64,000 nucleotides of DNA, from the NCBI GenBank assembly GCA_965226375.1, contig CBDDCX010000008.1, positions 2,048,001-2,112,000 of the forward strand, read 5' to 3'. The position numbers and the translations under genes were made by a program. Under the pieces are notes generated by a model. The model saw nothing but the letters and a program-made list of their open reading frames with translations, ran no database searches and had not been told where the DNA came from. Numbering within the stretch: position 1 is the first letter of the stretch; every line of letters begins with the position of its first letter. The stretch is from Longimicrobiales bacterium. Lineage in GTDB: Bacteria; Gemmatimonadota; Gemmatimonadetes; Longimicrobiales; Gaopeijiaceae. This document shows, piece by piece, positions 20,614 through 29,775 of this stretch.

Positions 20614-22410
20614 TCAGCACGACACGCAGTTGTGGTTGTTGATGGCCCCGAGGCTTTCCAGGAGTTCGACCGTCTCCGGAAAAGGCTGAATGCGCTGCAC
20701 GGGGCCGTTGGCCATGTCCACCGTCGTCTGCCCGCGCCGGCTCACGGCCATGACGTCGGCCCCCCCGCTCCACCAGGTAGCGAATCAATTCGTTATCACC
20801 GCCGCAGCAGCGTGATGAACCGCGTTGTATCCGTTGTGATCCGGTACGTTAACGTCGGCGCCGAGTTCTTCGATGAGATACCTCATGGTTGGGAGCCATC
20901 CGTTGGGCGCGTGTCGGTGGGAGTTGCCCGCGAAGCCTTCACCATACCCCACACCTGAAGCTGCGTGGACGGGCCAAACCGCGGCCCCTCCCACTCGAAC
21001 CGGCGGTAGCCCGGAAGGATCCTCCCCCTCAGGACTAGCCCGCCGACGCCGTGCGGGCGGCTTGACCGTCGGAACATTCGGGTCGGCGCCGTAGGCCACG
21101 AGCATCTTCATGGCCTCGACGTCAGTGGCGTACGCCGCCCTCCAAAACGGGGTCGCCCCCGCAGTATTCACGCGCAGAAGGTCGAACGTGTACGACATGT
21201 ACCAGAGGTGCTTCCGGAGCCGGACGTTGGGATCGGCCTCAGCTTCCAACAGTGCCCGCATCACGTCCAAGTAGGTGGCCTGCTGCTGTTGATAGGCCTG
21301 CTGCTGCGGGTAGCGGGCCTTGGGCGCCCAATGTGTGTTGATGGCCGTAAACAACGGGGTTCCGCCCGCGTCACTGGTGATGTTCGGGTCTGCGCCGCGC
21401 TCCAGAAGCAGCAGAGCCAGATCGAAGTGCCCGTTGATCGTGGCCATGAGCATTGGGCTCGTGTGATCCCCGGCGCTGACCTGATCGATGTCCGCCCCGC
21501 CGGCGAGGAGCGCCAGGGCGGTCTCTATCTGCCCTTCCCTTGCCGCGTGGAGGAGAGCTGTCAGGCCACCTTGTGTTCCGACCAATCCTGTAAAGCCGGG
21601 AAACTCCTCAGACTGCGGGTCGATCTCCTCGTCCTTTTCCTCGGCGTCGCTCAGAGTCCGCTGCACGTTTTGTGCTGCATTGACCGCGGTCCGGACCTGC
21701 GCGGGCGTGGGTCGCCAATTGAGGTTTCCGGCCGCGTGCTCCGCGCGGAAATCGTCCAGGACTTGATCCCGGACCTCGCCCGCCGCGTCGTCTACCCCGG
21801 CCCGGGCCGGAATGTCGATGACCCGGGTCGTGATCGAAGCGTCGGCCCCGTGCCGTAGCAGCGTGTTCACGACGGCCACCCGGCCGTACGCGGAGGAGAA
21901 CATGAGCGATGTCTGCCCCCACTCGGACTCCGCGACGTCTACCGCAGCGCCGTGTTCCAACAAGGCCGCAACCGCTGGCTCGCTGCCTGCCGCGGCGGCC
22001 AGATGGAGAGGTGTAGCGCTGCCGGTGGACGTGGTCGCACCGGGATCGGCACCTGCTTCGAGGAGTGCTGATACGGCCGAAGCACTTCCCGATCGCGCCG
22101 CCAGGTGCAGCGGGGTGTAGGCGCCGTTGCGCGTTACGAGCTCCGATTCGGCGCCTGATTCGAGCAGCATCCGCACGAGCTCCGCACTCCCGATCTCGGC
22201 GGCCCAGTGCAACGCGGTCATGCCATCCCCCTGGGGGGCGTTCACGTCCAGGCCACGTTCGATCAAGGAGCGTACCTGTTCCGCATCACCCCGCATGGCC
22301 GCGTCTGCGATGGGCGACTCCGCGACAGCCGCTCCCGATAGCAACCCACCCAGTATCAGTGCAGCGACCGTCCGAAGCGGCCGCCTCGCGCGCGAGATAC
22401 GCTCATCCAT
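20614..22410 (-). CDS. Secreted ankyrin-repeat protein with C-terminal CxxC (cassette 2), two frameshifts near 20760-20805
   Basis: Ankyrin repeats; tail ...GADVMAVSRRGQTTVDMANGPVQRIQPF...NNHNCVSC recoverable by correcting two indels. Confidence 0.82.
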
Positions 22411-22429
22411 CGGGAATCGAGTCCTCCCC

Positions 22430-23818
22430 TCAGACCTTCAAGGAGTAGGGCTCCGTGCTGTCCCCGAAGCTCTCGATGTCGTCGAGACCGAGGCCATGCA
22501 TCAGGCTCAACATCACATTGGCCATGGGCGTTCCGTCGGGTGCCCGAAGGTGAGCACCTCCCTCGAGCTTGCCGTTCGCGCCCCCTAGCAAAATGAGCGG
22601 GCACCTGGGGTGGTTGTGCAGATTCCCGTCGGCCATCGGGGACCCGAAGACGATCATCGTCTTGTCCAGCAGGTTGGAGTCACCCTCCTCGATGCTCGCC
22701 AGCTTGTCGAGGAAATACGGGAGCATGCTCACGTGATATCGGTTGATCTCGAAGAAGTCCCTGATGGCGTCTTCATTGCCGCCGTGGTGCGACGCCGGGT
22801 GGAACGGCTTGTCCACACCGCTCTCCGGGTACACGCGCCCCGAAGCGTCACGCCCGGTCTTGAATGAGAAGACCCTGGTCATGTCCGATGCGAAGGCCAA
22901 AGCCTGAAGATCGAACATCAGCTTCATGTGCTCCTCGAAGGAGTCCGGTACCCCGGCCGGCGCCTCAGGCAATTCCCGCATCTCACCACTCGCGTTTCGG
23001 GCCTCGACACTCTCGATGCGCCGCTCGAGCTCTCTTACGTCTTCGAGGTACCGGTCGAGCCTCTCGCGGTCGTTGGGGCCCAGTTCCCTCTTCAAGTAGG
23101 CCACCTCATCGACGATCCAGTCGAGAATGCTACGGTTGGTGCGCCGGCGGGCAGCCCGCTCCTCGGGTGAGCCCCCTGCTCCGAAGATCAGGTCGAAGGC
23201 AACCCGCGGATCCCGGATCATGGGAAGCGGCTCGGTGGGCGAAGCCCAACTGATAGTATCCGTGTAGACGCACGCGTAGCCGTAGGCACATCCGCCGGAC
23301 TGATCGACGTTCTCTATACAGAGCTGCATGGACGGGATCGGCGTGTCCTGCCCGAATCGTTGCGCGTAGAGCTGATCCATAGAGGGCCCCACGTGGACGT
23401 CGGAGCCACGAGTCTGCTTGGGAATGGGCCTGAGTCAGGAATACCGCGCTGGACCGAAAGTGATCTCCCCCAATCTCGCCTGGCAGAACCGCCTCGGCCC
23501 CCCGAGCATCCGTGTTGCTCACGATGGTCAGATAGTCGCGGTATGCCTCGAGAGGACTCAGCGCGCTGGGGCCCAGATCGAAGTCACGCCCCACCACTTC
23601 CGGGGCCCACATGTTCTGCGTACTCCCCCACTCGTTGCAGCCGGCAGCCCGTGGACCAACTCGATGGCCACCAGACGCGTGCCATCTGTGGCAGGCTCAG
23701 CCCTGGCCCAAAGGCGTCCCGCGGGCACCATAGCATCGAGGAACGGCAAGGCCACCGTCGCGCCCGCCCCACGGATAAAGGTGCGGCGGGGGATATGCCT
23801 TCCGGTGATGAATTCCAT
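22430..23818 (-). CDS. DUF1552 protein (cassette 2), two frameshifts (~23650, ~23424)
   Basis: Three ORF pieces (23558-23818, 23130-23612, 22430-23392) align collinearly to the two intact paralogs. Confidence 0.82.
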
Positions 23819-23841
23819 GCTTCCGTTCTCCTCGGAGTCGG

Positions 23842-26469
23842 CTAGAGGCCCTCGGGCGCGCCGTCCTCTTCGACGACGACCTGGACTCGCTGCATCTGGA
23901 AGGCGTCACTCATGACCACACCCGTGATGAACGCCGACATTCGGTAGTCCTGCCCTTTCGCTTCTTCGACAATGGCCCGAATCGTGGGCTGGTCGAAGTA
24001 CTCCACGCGCCGGCCCAACGCATAGGCCATGAGGTTCTCCGTGAACGTTCTGATCAAAGGCTCGGGCCGCTTGAGCAGAGCCTGACGGAGATCCCGGGAA
24101 TTCTCCACCGGCGTGCCGTCGTACATCTCACCCCGGGTGTCCAACGGCATGCCGTTCTTCCGGATACGCCACTTACCCGTGACGTCGAAGTTGTCCAGCG
24201 CCAGCCCGATGGGATCCATGAACCTGTGACAGGAGCTGCACACCGGGTTCGAGCGGTGCATCTCCATGCGCTCCCTGGTCGTGAGCAGTCGGTTGCCGCT
24301 GGAGCCCTCGGTCTCCTCTAGATCGGGCACACCGGGAGGTGGGGGCGGTGGCGGCGTACCGAGCAAGACTTCCATGACCCACTTGCCCCTGAGCACCGGA
24401 GATGTCCGTCCGGCATGTGAGGTCAGGGTGAGCACGCTGCCGTGCCCCAGCAAGCCACGCCGCCGGTCGTCCGGATAGGAGACTCGCCGGAAGCGGTTCC
24501 CGATCACCCCGGGAATGTCGTAGTGCCCAGCCAGGCGCTCATTCACATAAGTGTAGTCCGCCGTGTAGAGATCGAAGGCGCTGCGGTCCTCCCTGACAAG
24601 ACTGTTGAAGAACAGCTCGGTCTCCCGCCGCATCGCGGTGGCCAGCTGCTCGTCGAAGTCGGGAAACCAGAAGGAATCCGGATGGACCTTGTCCAGATCC
24701 TGGAGTCGGAGCCATTGGGCGGCAAAGCGTGGACCGAGCACCTCGGATCGTGGATCCTGAAGCATGCGCCGCACCTGGGCCGCCAAAACTTCCGGATCGG
24801 AGAGTTCGCCCCGACTCGCCAGGTCCGAGAGCTGCTGGTCCGGCGGCGAGCCCCACAGGAAGAACGAGAGCCGGGTCGCCAGATCCTGGTCCCCGATGCG
24901 GTAGTCGCGTCCCGGGGCGGTGGGTCCTACCGGCTCCTCGAAGCGGAACACGAAGTGGGGGCTGGCCAGGATCGCCTGCAACGCGGTTCTGATGCCGACC
25001 TCGAAGCCTCCGGCCTCGCCCCCCTCCTCGTAGAAGGACATCAGGATGCCGAGATCCCGGGCGGCGAGTGGCCGCCGGTAGGCCTTGGTGGCCAGCCTCT
25101 CGACGATCTCCTCGGCACACATCAGTTCTTGATCGAGCGCTTCAGGATAGCAGCTGAAGATCTCCCGACGGCTCACGGTCTCCGAGACTCCCGTGACGTT
25201 GTTCGGACCCCCGATGACGAGATCGCGCAGGTGCGGGAGAAGGGTCAGCCCGTATCCGCTGATGCCCGTGTGTCGATCGGCGAGGGACCAGTCGTGAGGC
25301 GACATCAGGTCCTCCACCGGACCCTCGGTCCGCTTGAGGAACGCCGCCGTGACGCGTTGGGGACCGGCTCGCACGGAGATCGGCTCGGTCTTCATCGCGA
25401 TGACGTCTGCGTCGTCGAAGGTCATCCACTGGTCCACATCGATGAGCGCCGCCCGCTCTCCGTTGATGGATACCTCGATCGCCTCGAACCGGGCTATCTG
25501 ACCCGAGAAGCCGGCGCCCGTGGTCGTGTGCTCTAGCGTCATGGTGAAGACGTAGTCACCGTCGGCCGGAAAGATGTGCTCCAGGGAGATGCCGCCCCGC
25601 GTCCCGAACGGAGCACCCTCCACCCGCTCGGTCTGCGAGGCGTAGCCCGAGATGGTGTACTTGCGGTCACTCGAGACCGCGTCAGGATCGCCCACCGCCA
25701 ACCGGCTGATCTCGCTGGCCCCGTTGAGATAGGAGTCCAGGAGCGTGGGCGACATCATCTGCACGTCGGCGATGTTGTCGAAGTTGGCGCTCTTGGTATC
25801 CAGCGGCAGGTAGTCGCCCGCATCGATGTCCAATCCCAACAGGTCCCGGACGGAGCTCTCGTATTCTGCGCGATTGAGACGCTGGAAGGTCCGGCCACCC
25901 GGGTTGGGAGCAACGGCCGCAGCCTCGTCGATGAGTGTCTCGAGGGTCTCGACCAGGGCGAGCAGCGTGTCGGGGCTCGGCCGCGGAGCACCAGGGATCG
26001 GCATCATGCCGGCTCGGAGCTTCACGATCATCTTCTCGGCGATCTCAGCCATTTCGGGAGCCGACGCGACGTCGAAGTCAGAGAGCGTGAGGTTGCCGGT
26101 GAGCATTACGTCGTTGTGGCAGACCACACAGTATTGCTTCACGACCGCGTTCAAGGAGTCGGCAGGAATCGCAGGTACGCCGTTCAGAACGGGAGGCCCG
26201 AGTCGAGCGAGCGCGGGCGACCCGAGGCGATTGAGCGTGGACGACCCGAAGCGGTCGAGCGCTAGCGCACCGGATCGACCGAGCAAGACCGGTGCGGGGC
26301 CCCTTTCGGTCGGCCCGGCGTAGAGGCCGAGATAGCTTCGGAGCGTGGCGTCCAGGGCGCCAACGGCCGTCGTCTCCTGCGCCGACGCCTGCCAGGAATG
26401 ATCCAGCGGACACCCCAGGAAGAACAGAATCGCCAGGGAAGCCGTGGCGCCCACCCTCCTTTTCAGCAC
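23842..26469 (-). CDS. DUF1592-family diheme protein (cassette 2)
   Basis: CVVCH and CSSCH; same conserved blocks as the paralogs. Confidence 0.9.
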   Translation of the reverse strand: MLKRRVGATASLAILFFLGCPLDHSWQASAQETTAVGALDATLRSYLGLYAGPTERGPAPVLLGRSGALALDRFGSSTLNRLGSPALARLGPPVLNGVPAIPADSLNAVVKQYCVVCHNDVMLTGNLTLSDFDVASAPEMAEIAEKMIVKLRAGMMPIPGAPRPSPDTLLALVETLETLIDEAAAVAPNPGGRTFQRLNRAEYESSVRDLLGLDIDAGDYLPLDTKSANFDNIADVQMMSPTLLDSYLNGASEISRLAVGDPDAVSSDRKYTISGYASQTERVEGAPFGTRGGISLEHIFPADGDYVFTMTLEHTTTGAGFSGQIARFEAIEVSINGERAALIDVDQWMTFDDADVIAMKTEPISVRAGPQRVTAAFLKRTEGPVEDLMSPHDWSLADRHTGISGYGLTLLPHLRDLVIGGPNNVTGVSETVSRREIFSCYPEALDQELMCAEEIVERLATKAYRRPLAARDLGILMSFYEEGGEAGGFEVGIRTALQAILASPHFVFRFEEPVGPTAPGRDYRIGDQDLATRLSFFLWGSPPDQQLSDLASRGELSDPEVLAAQVRRMLQDPRSEVLGPRFAAQWLRLQDLDKVHPDSFWFPDFDEQLATAMRRETELFFNSLVREDRSAFDLYTADYTYVNERLAGHYDIPGVIGNRFRRVSYPDDRRRGLLGHGSVLTLTSHAGRTSPVLRGKWVMEVLLGTPPPPPPPGVPDLEETEGSSGNRLLTTRERMEMHRSNPVCSSCHRFMDPIGLALDNFDVTGKWRIRKNGMPLDTRGEMYDGTPVENSRDLRQALLKRPEPLIRTFTENLMAYALGRRVEYFDQPTIRAIVEEAKGQDYRMSAFITGVVMSDAFQMQRVQVVVEEDGAPEGL

Positions 26470-28307
26470 GATACGCAGTTGTGGTTGTTGATCGCGCCGA
26501 GGCTCTCCAGGAGGGCCACCGTCTCCGGGAACGGCTGGATGCGCTGTACCGGACCGTTGGCCATGTCGACCGTGGTCTGCCCCCGGCGGCTCACGCCGGT
26601 CACGTCGGCACCCTGCTCCACCAGATACCGGATCAACTCGTTGTCACCGCGGGCCGCCGCATGGTGGACCGCCGTGTAACCGTTCTCGTCCCGGACGTTC
26701 ACGTCGGCCCCGTGCTCCTCGACGAGATACTTCAGGGCGGGCAGCCAGCCGTCGATGACGTGGCGGTGTGAGTTGGCGGCGAACCCCTCTCCATACCCCA
26801 CGCCCGAGGCCGCGTGGATCGGCCACGCTCCGGGCCCACCCACCGGAACGGGTGGCAGTCCCGAGAGATCCTCTCCGCGAGGGGGGCGACGCGGGGGCAG
26901 CTTGGTGGTAGGGACGTTCGGGTCGGCACCGTACGACACCAGCACGCGCATCGCCTCGACGTCCAGAGCGAACGCGGCTCGCCAGAAGGGTGTGGCGCCG
27001 GCCCTGGTCACCCTCAACAGATCGTTGTTGTACGTGGTATACCACAACGGCTTCACCAGACGGGCATTGGGGTCGACGCCGGCGTCGAGGAGGGCCTCCA
27101 TGACGTCCATGTAGGTCGCCTGTTGCTGCATGTAGTCCGTCGTCTGCGGATGCCGAGACTTGGGAGCCCAGTGCATGTTGAGCACGGCGTAGAGCGGAGT
27201 CGCCCCCGCGTCACTGGCCAGAGTGGGGTCAGCCCCCCGTTCGAGCAGCGTCATCACCAGATCGAAGTGGCCGTTGATCGCGGCGATGAGCATGGGACTG
27301 GTGCGGTCGGCGGCACTCATCGCGTCGACGTCGGCTCCTGCCTCGAGAAGAGCCAGGGAGACTTCCTCATGGCCCTCGCGAACAGCAAGCAGCAGAGCCG
27401 TGAGGCCACCATGGCTGCCCACCAGGTCGGCATAGGAGAGGGGATCGATCTCGGTGGTGCCCCGCAATTCCACCTCCTGGGGTAATTCCCGTGTGCCGGC
27501 AGGTGGCGGATCCGCCGGCGACGTGACTCCCGACGCCGCACCAACGGGCTGCCGCCCCACCGCGGCCGGCTGACTCGGTGCGGCCCCGCCCCCCGGAACC
27601 TGAGCCCGAGTCTCGGGCCCCAGCGCACTCTGCGCCTCCTGTAGCTCCGCCAAGGCCCGGTTACGGCGGCCACGAGCGATCCGATCTTCCTCTTCGCGCG
27701 TCGTAATATCCACGACCTTTGCGATCAGCTCCGGATCGGCACCACCCTCGAGGAGCGCGTGGACAGCTACTACCCGGTTCGCCGCCGCCGCAAACATGAG
27801 AGGCGTTTGCCCCCACTGGGATTCCCGGGCGTCCACCTCCGCACCGTGCTCTAGTAGAGCGACGACCATAGCGGCGCTACCCGAGGCCGCCGCGAAATGG
27901 AGAGCAGTCGCTCCGCCGGTGCTCGTACGAGCTCGGGGATCTGCTCCGGCGGCCAGAAGCCCCTCCACCACCGCCGGCTGTGCTGCCCTACTCGCCAGGT
28001 GCAGCGGTGTATAGTCCCCGATCCGCGTTATCGCGCTCGGATTCGCACCGGCGTAGATCAGGACATCGACCATGTCGGCGTCACCGGCTTCAGCGGCCCA
28101 GTGCAGGGCCGTCATCCCGTCACCCTGGGCCGCATTGACGTCCGCCCCCTGGCGGAGCAGTGTGCGCACCATCTGCAGATCGCCCCTCATGGCGGCGTCG
28201 GCCACAGGCGAATCGGCGACGCTCATCCAGATCAGCGCCGTCAAGCAGAACGCAACAGCAATGTTCACCCGAAGCGTGCTGCTCATCGGGCGAAGGATGT
28301 GTGTCAT
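26463..28307 (-). CDS. Secreted ankyrin-repeat protein with C-terminal CxxC (cassette 1)
   Basis: Ankyrin repeats; ends NCVSC. Confidence 0.9.
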   Translation of the reverse strand: MTHILRPMSSTLRVNIAVAFCLTALIWMSVADSPVADAAMRGDLQMVRTLLRQGADVNAAQGDGMTALHWAAEAGDADMVDVLIYAGANPSAITRIGDYTPLHLASRAAQPAVVEGLLAAGADPRARTSTGGATALHFAAASGSAAMVVALLEHGAEVDARESQWGQTPLMFAAAANRVVAVHALLEGGADPELIAKVVDITTREEEDRIARGRRNRALAELQEAQSALGPETRAQVPGGGAAPSQPAAVGRQPVGAASGVTSPADPPPAGTRELPQEVELRGTTEIDPLSYADLVGSHGGLTALLLAVREGHEEVSLALLEAGADVDAMSAADRTSPMLIAAINGHFDLVMTLLERGADPTLASDAGATPLYAVLNMHWAPKSRHPQTTDYMQQQATYMDVMEALLDAGVDPNARLVKPLWYTTYNNDLLRVTRAGATPFWRAAFALDVEAMRVLVSYGADPNVPTTKLPPRRPPRGEDLSGLPPVPVGGPGAWPIHAASGVGYGEGFAANSHRHVIDGWLPALKYLVEEHGADVNVRDENGYTAVHHAAARGDNELIRYLVEQGADVTGVSRRGQTTVDMANGPVQRIQPFPETVALLESLGAINNHNCVSC

Positions 28308-29695
28308 CAGACGGTCAGCGAGAAGTCGCCGGTGCTGTCGCCGAAGCTTTCGATGTCGTCGAGGCCGAGCTTGTGCATCAGGGAGAGCATCACGTTGGCC
28401 ATCGGCGTTCCCGGATCGGCTCTGAGATGCATGTTGCCCTCGAGTCGCCCGTTGGCCCCACCCGCAACGAAGAGCGGGCAGCGCCTGTGATTGTGGACGT
28501 TCGGGTCGCCCATGGGGGACCCATAGATGACCATGGTCTTGTCCAGCAGGCTCCGGTCACCCTCCAGGGTGCTCTGGAGCTTCTCCAGGAAGTACGGAAT
28601 CAGGCTGACGTGGTACCGGTTGATGACGGAGAACTCCTCGATGGCACTCTCGTTCCCACCGTGGTGAGAGGCCGGGTGGAAGGGCTTGTCCGAGCCGCTT
28701 TCCGGATAGACACGGCTCGACGCATCGCGTCCCATCTTGAACGAAAAGACCCGTGTCATGTCCGACTGGAAGGCCAGGACCTGGAGGTCGAACATGAGCT
28801 TCACGTGCTCGTCATAAGAGTCGGGCACCCCGGCCGGAGCCTCGGGGAGCTCCCGTAATTCTCCGCTCAGGTTGTACGCTTCCACCCGCTGGATCCTGCG
28901 TTCGATCTCTCGGATGTCTTCCAGATAGCGGTCCATGCGGATACGGTCGCCGGCGCTGAGTTGCCTCTGAAGGCTCGCCACTTCTTCGGTGATCCAATCG
29001 AGGATGCTCCGGCTGGTGCGCCTGCGATCCGCTCGTTCCTCCGCGCTGCCACCGGCGCCGAACAGTTGGTCAAACGCTACCCGGGGATCTCGGATCATGG
29101 GCAGTGGCTCGGTCGGCGACGCCCAGCTGATGGTGTCGGTGTAGACGCACGCGTAGCCGTAGGCGCAACCGCCTGCCTGATCCACATTTTCGATGCAGAG
29201 TTGGAGTGACGGAATCGGCGTGTCTTGGCCGAACCTACGTGCGTAGATCTGGTCGAGAGACGTCCCGACCGCGACGTCGGAACTCTCTGTCTGCTTGGGA
29301 TGCGCCTGGGTCAGGAAGGTCGCACTGGAGCGGAAGTGGTCCCCACCCACCTCCTTGGCCTGAAACGCCTCCGCGTTCCTGACATCGGTGTCGCTGACAA
29401 TGGTCAGGTAGTCCCGGAACGGCTCGAGGGAACTCAAGCTCGTGGGACTCAAGTCGAACTCTCGACCCACCGCCGCCGGTGACCACAGATTCTTGGAGGC
29501 GCCGTATTCACTGGCACCGGCAGCTCCGTGTACCATCTCGATGGCCACCAGGCGGGTGGGATCGGCCGCGGCGGCGGTTCGAGCCCAGAGCCTCCCCGCT
29601 GGAACCATGGCATCGAGGAAGGGCAAAGCCACGGTCGCGCCCAGGCCCCTGAGGACCTCTCGCCGCGAGATGTGTTTGCCTGTGATGAACTCCAT
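28307..29695 (-). CDS. DUF1552 protein (cassette 1)
   Basis: SRREVLRG, GGDHFRS, CAYGYAC, HPASHH. Confidence 0.9.
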   Translation of the reverse strand: MEFITGKHISRREVLRGLGATVALPFLDAMVPAGRLWARTAAAADPTRLVAIEMVHGAAGASEYGASKNLWSPAAVGREFDLSPTSLSSLEPFRDYLTIVSDTDVRNAEAFQAKEVGGDHFRSSATFLTQAHPKQTESSDVAVGTSLDQIYARRFGQDTPIPSLQLCIENVDQAGGCAYGYACVYTDTISWASPTEPLPMIRDPRVAFDQLFGAGGSAEERADRRRTSRSILDWITEEVASLQRQLSAGDRIRMDRYLEDIREIERRIQRVEAYNLSGELRELPEAPAGVPDSYDEHVKLMFDLQVLAFQSDMTRVFSFKMGRDASSRVYPESGSDKPFHPASHHGGNESAIEEFSVINRYHVSLIPYFLEKLQSTLEGDRSLLDKTMVIYGSPMGDPNVHNHRRCPLFVAGGANGRLEGNMHLRADPGTPMANVMLSLMHKLGLDDIESFGDSTGDFSLTV

Positions 29696-29775
29696 CGACT
29701 GCCTCCTCGGTGCAATTCCGGGTCGACTATGTATCCTGCGGCCGACCCACGCCTCTGGTTCTCAATCCACTCGAA

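Noticed and set aside
20528..20788. Apparent N-terminal extension of the cassette 3 DUF1592 protein
   Set aside because: It derives from the frameshifted tail of the upstream ankyrin gene
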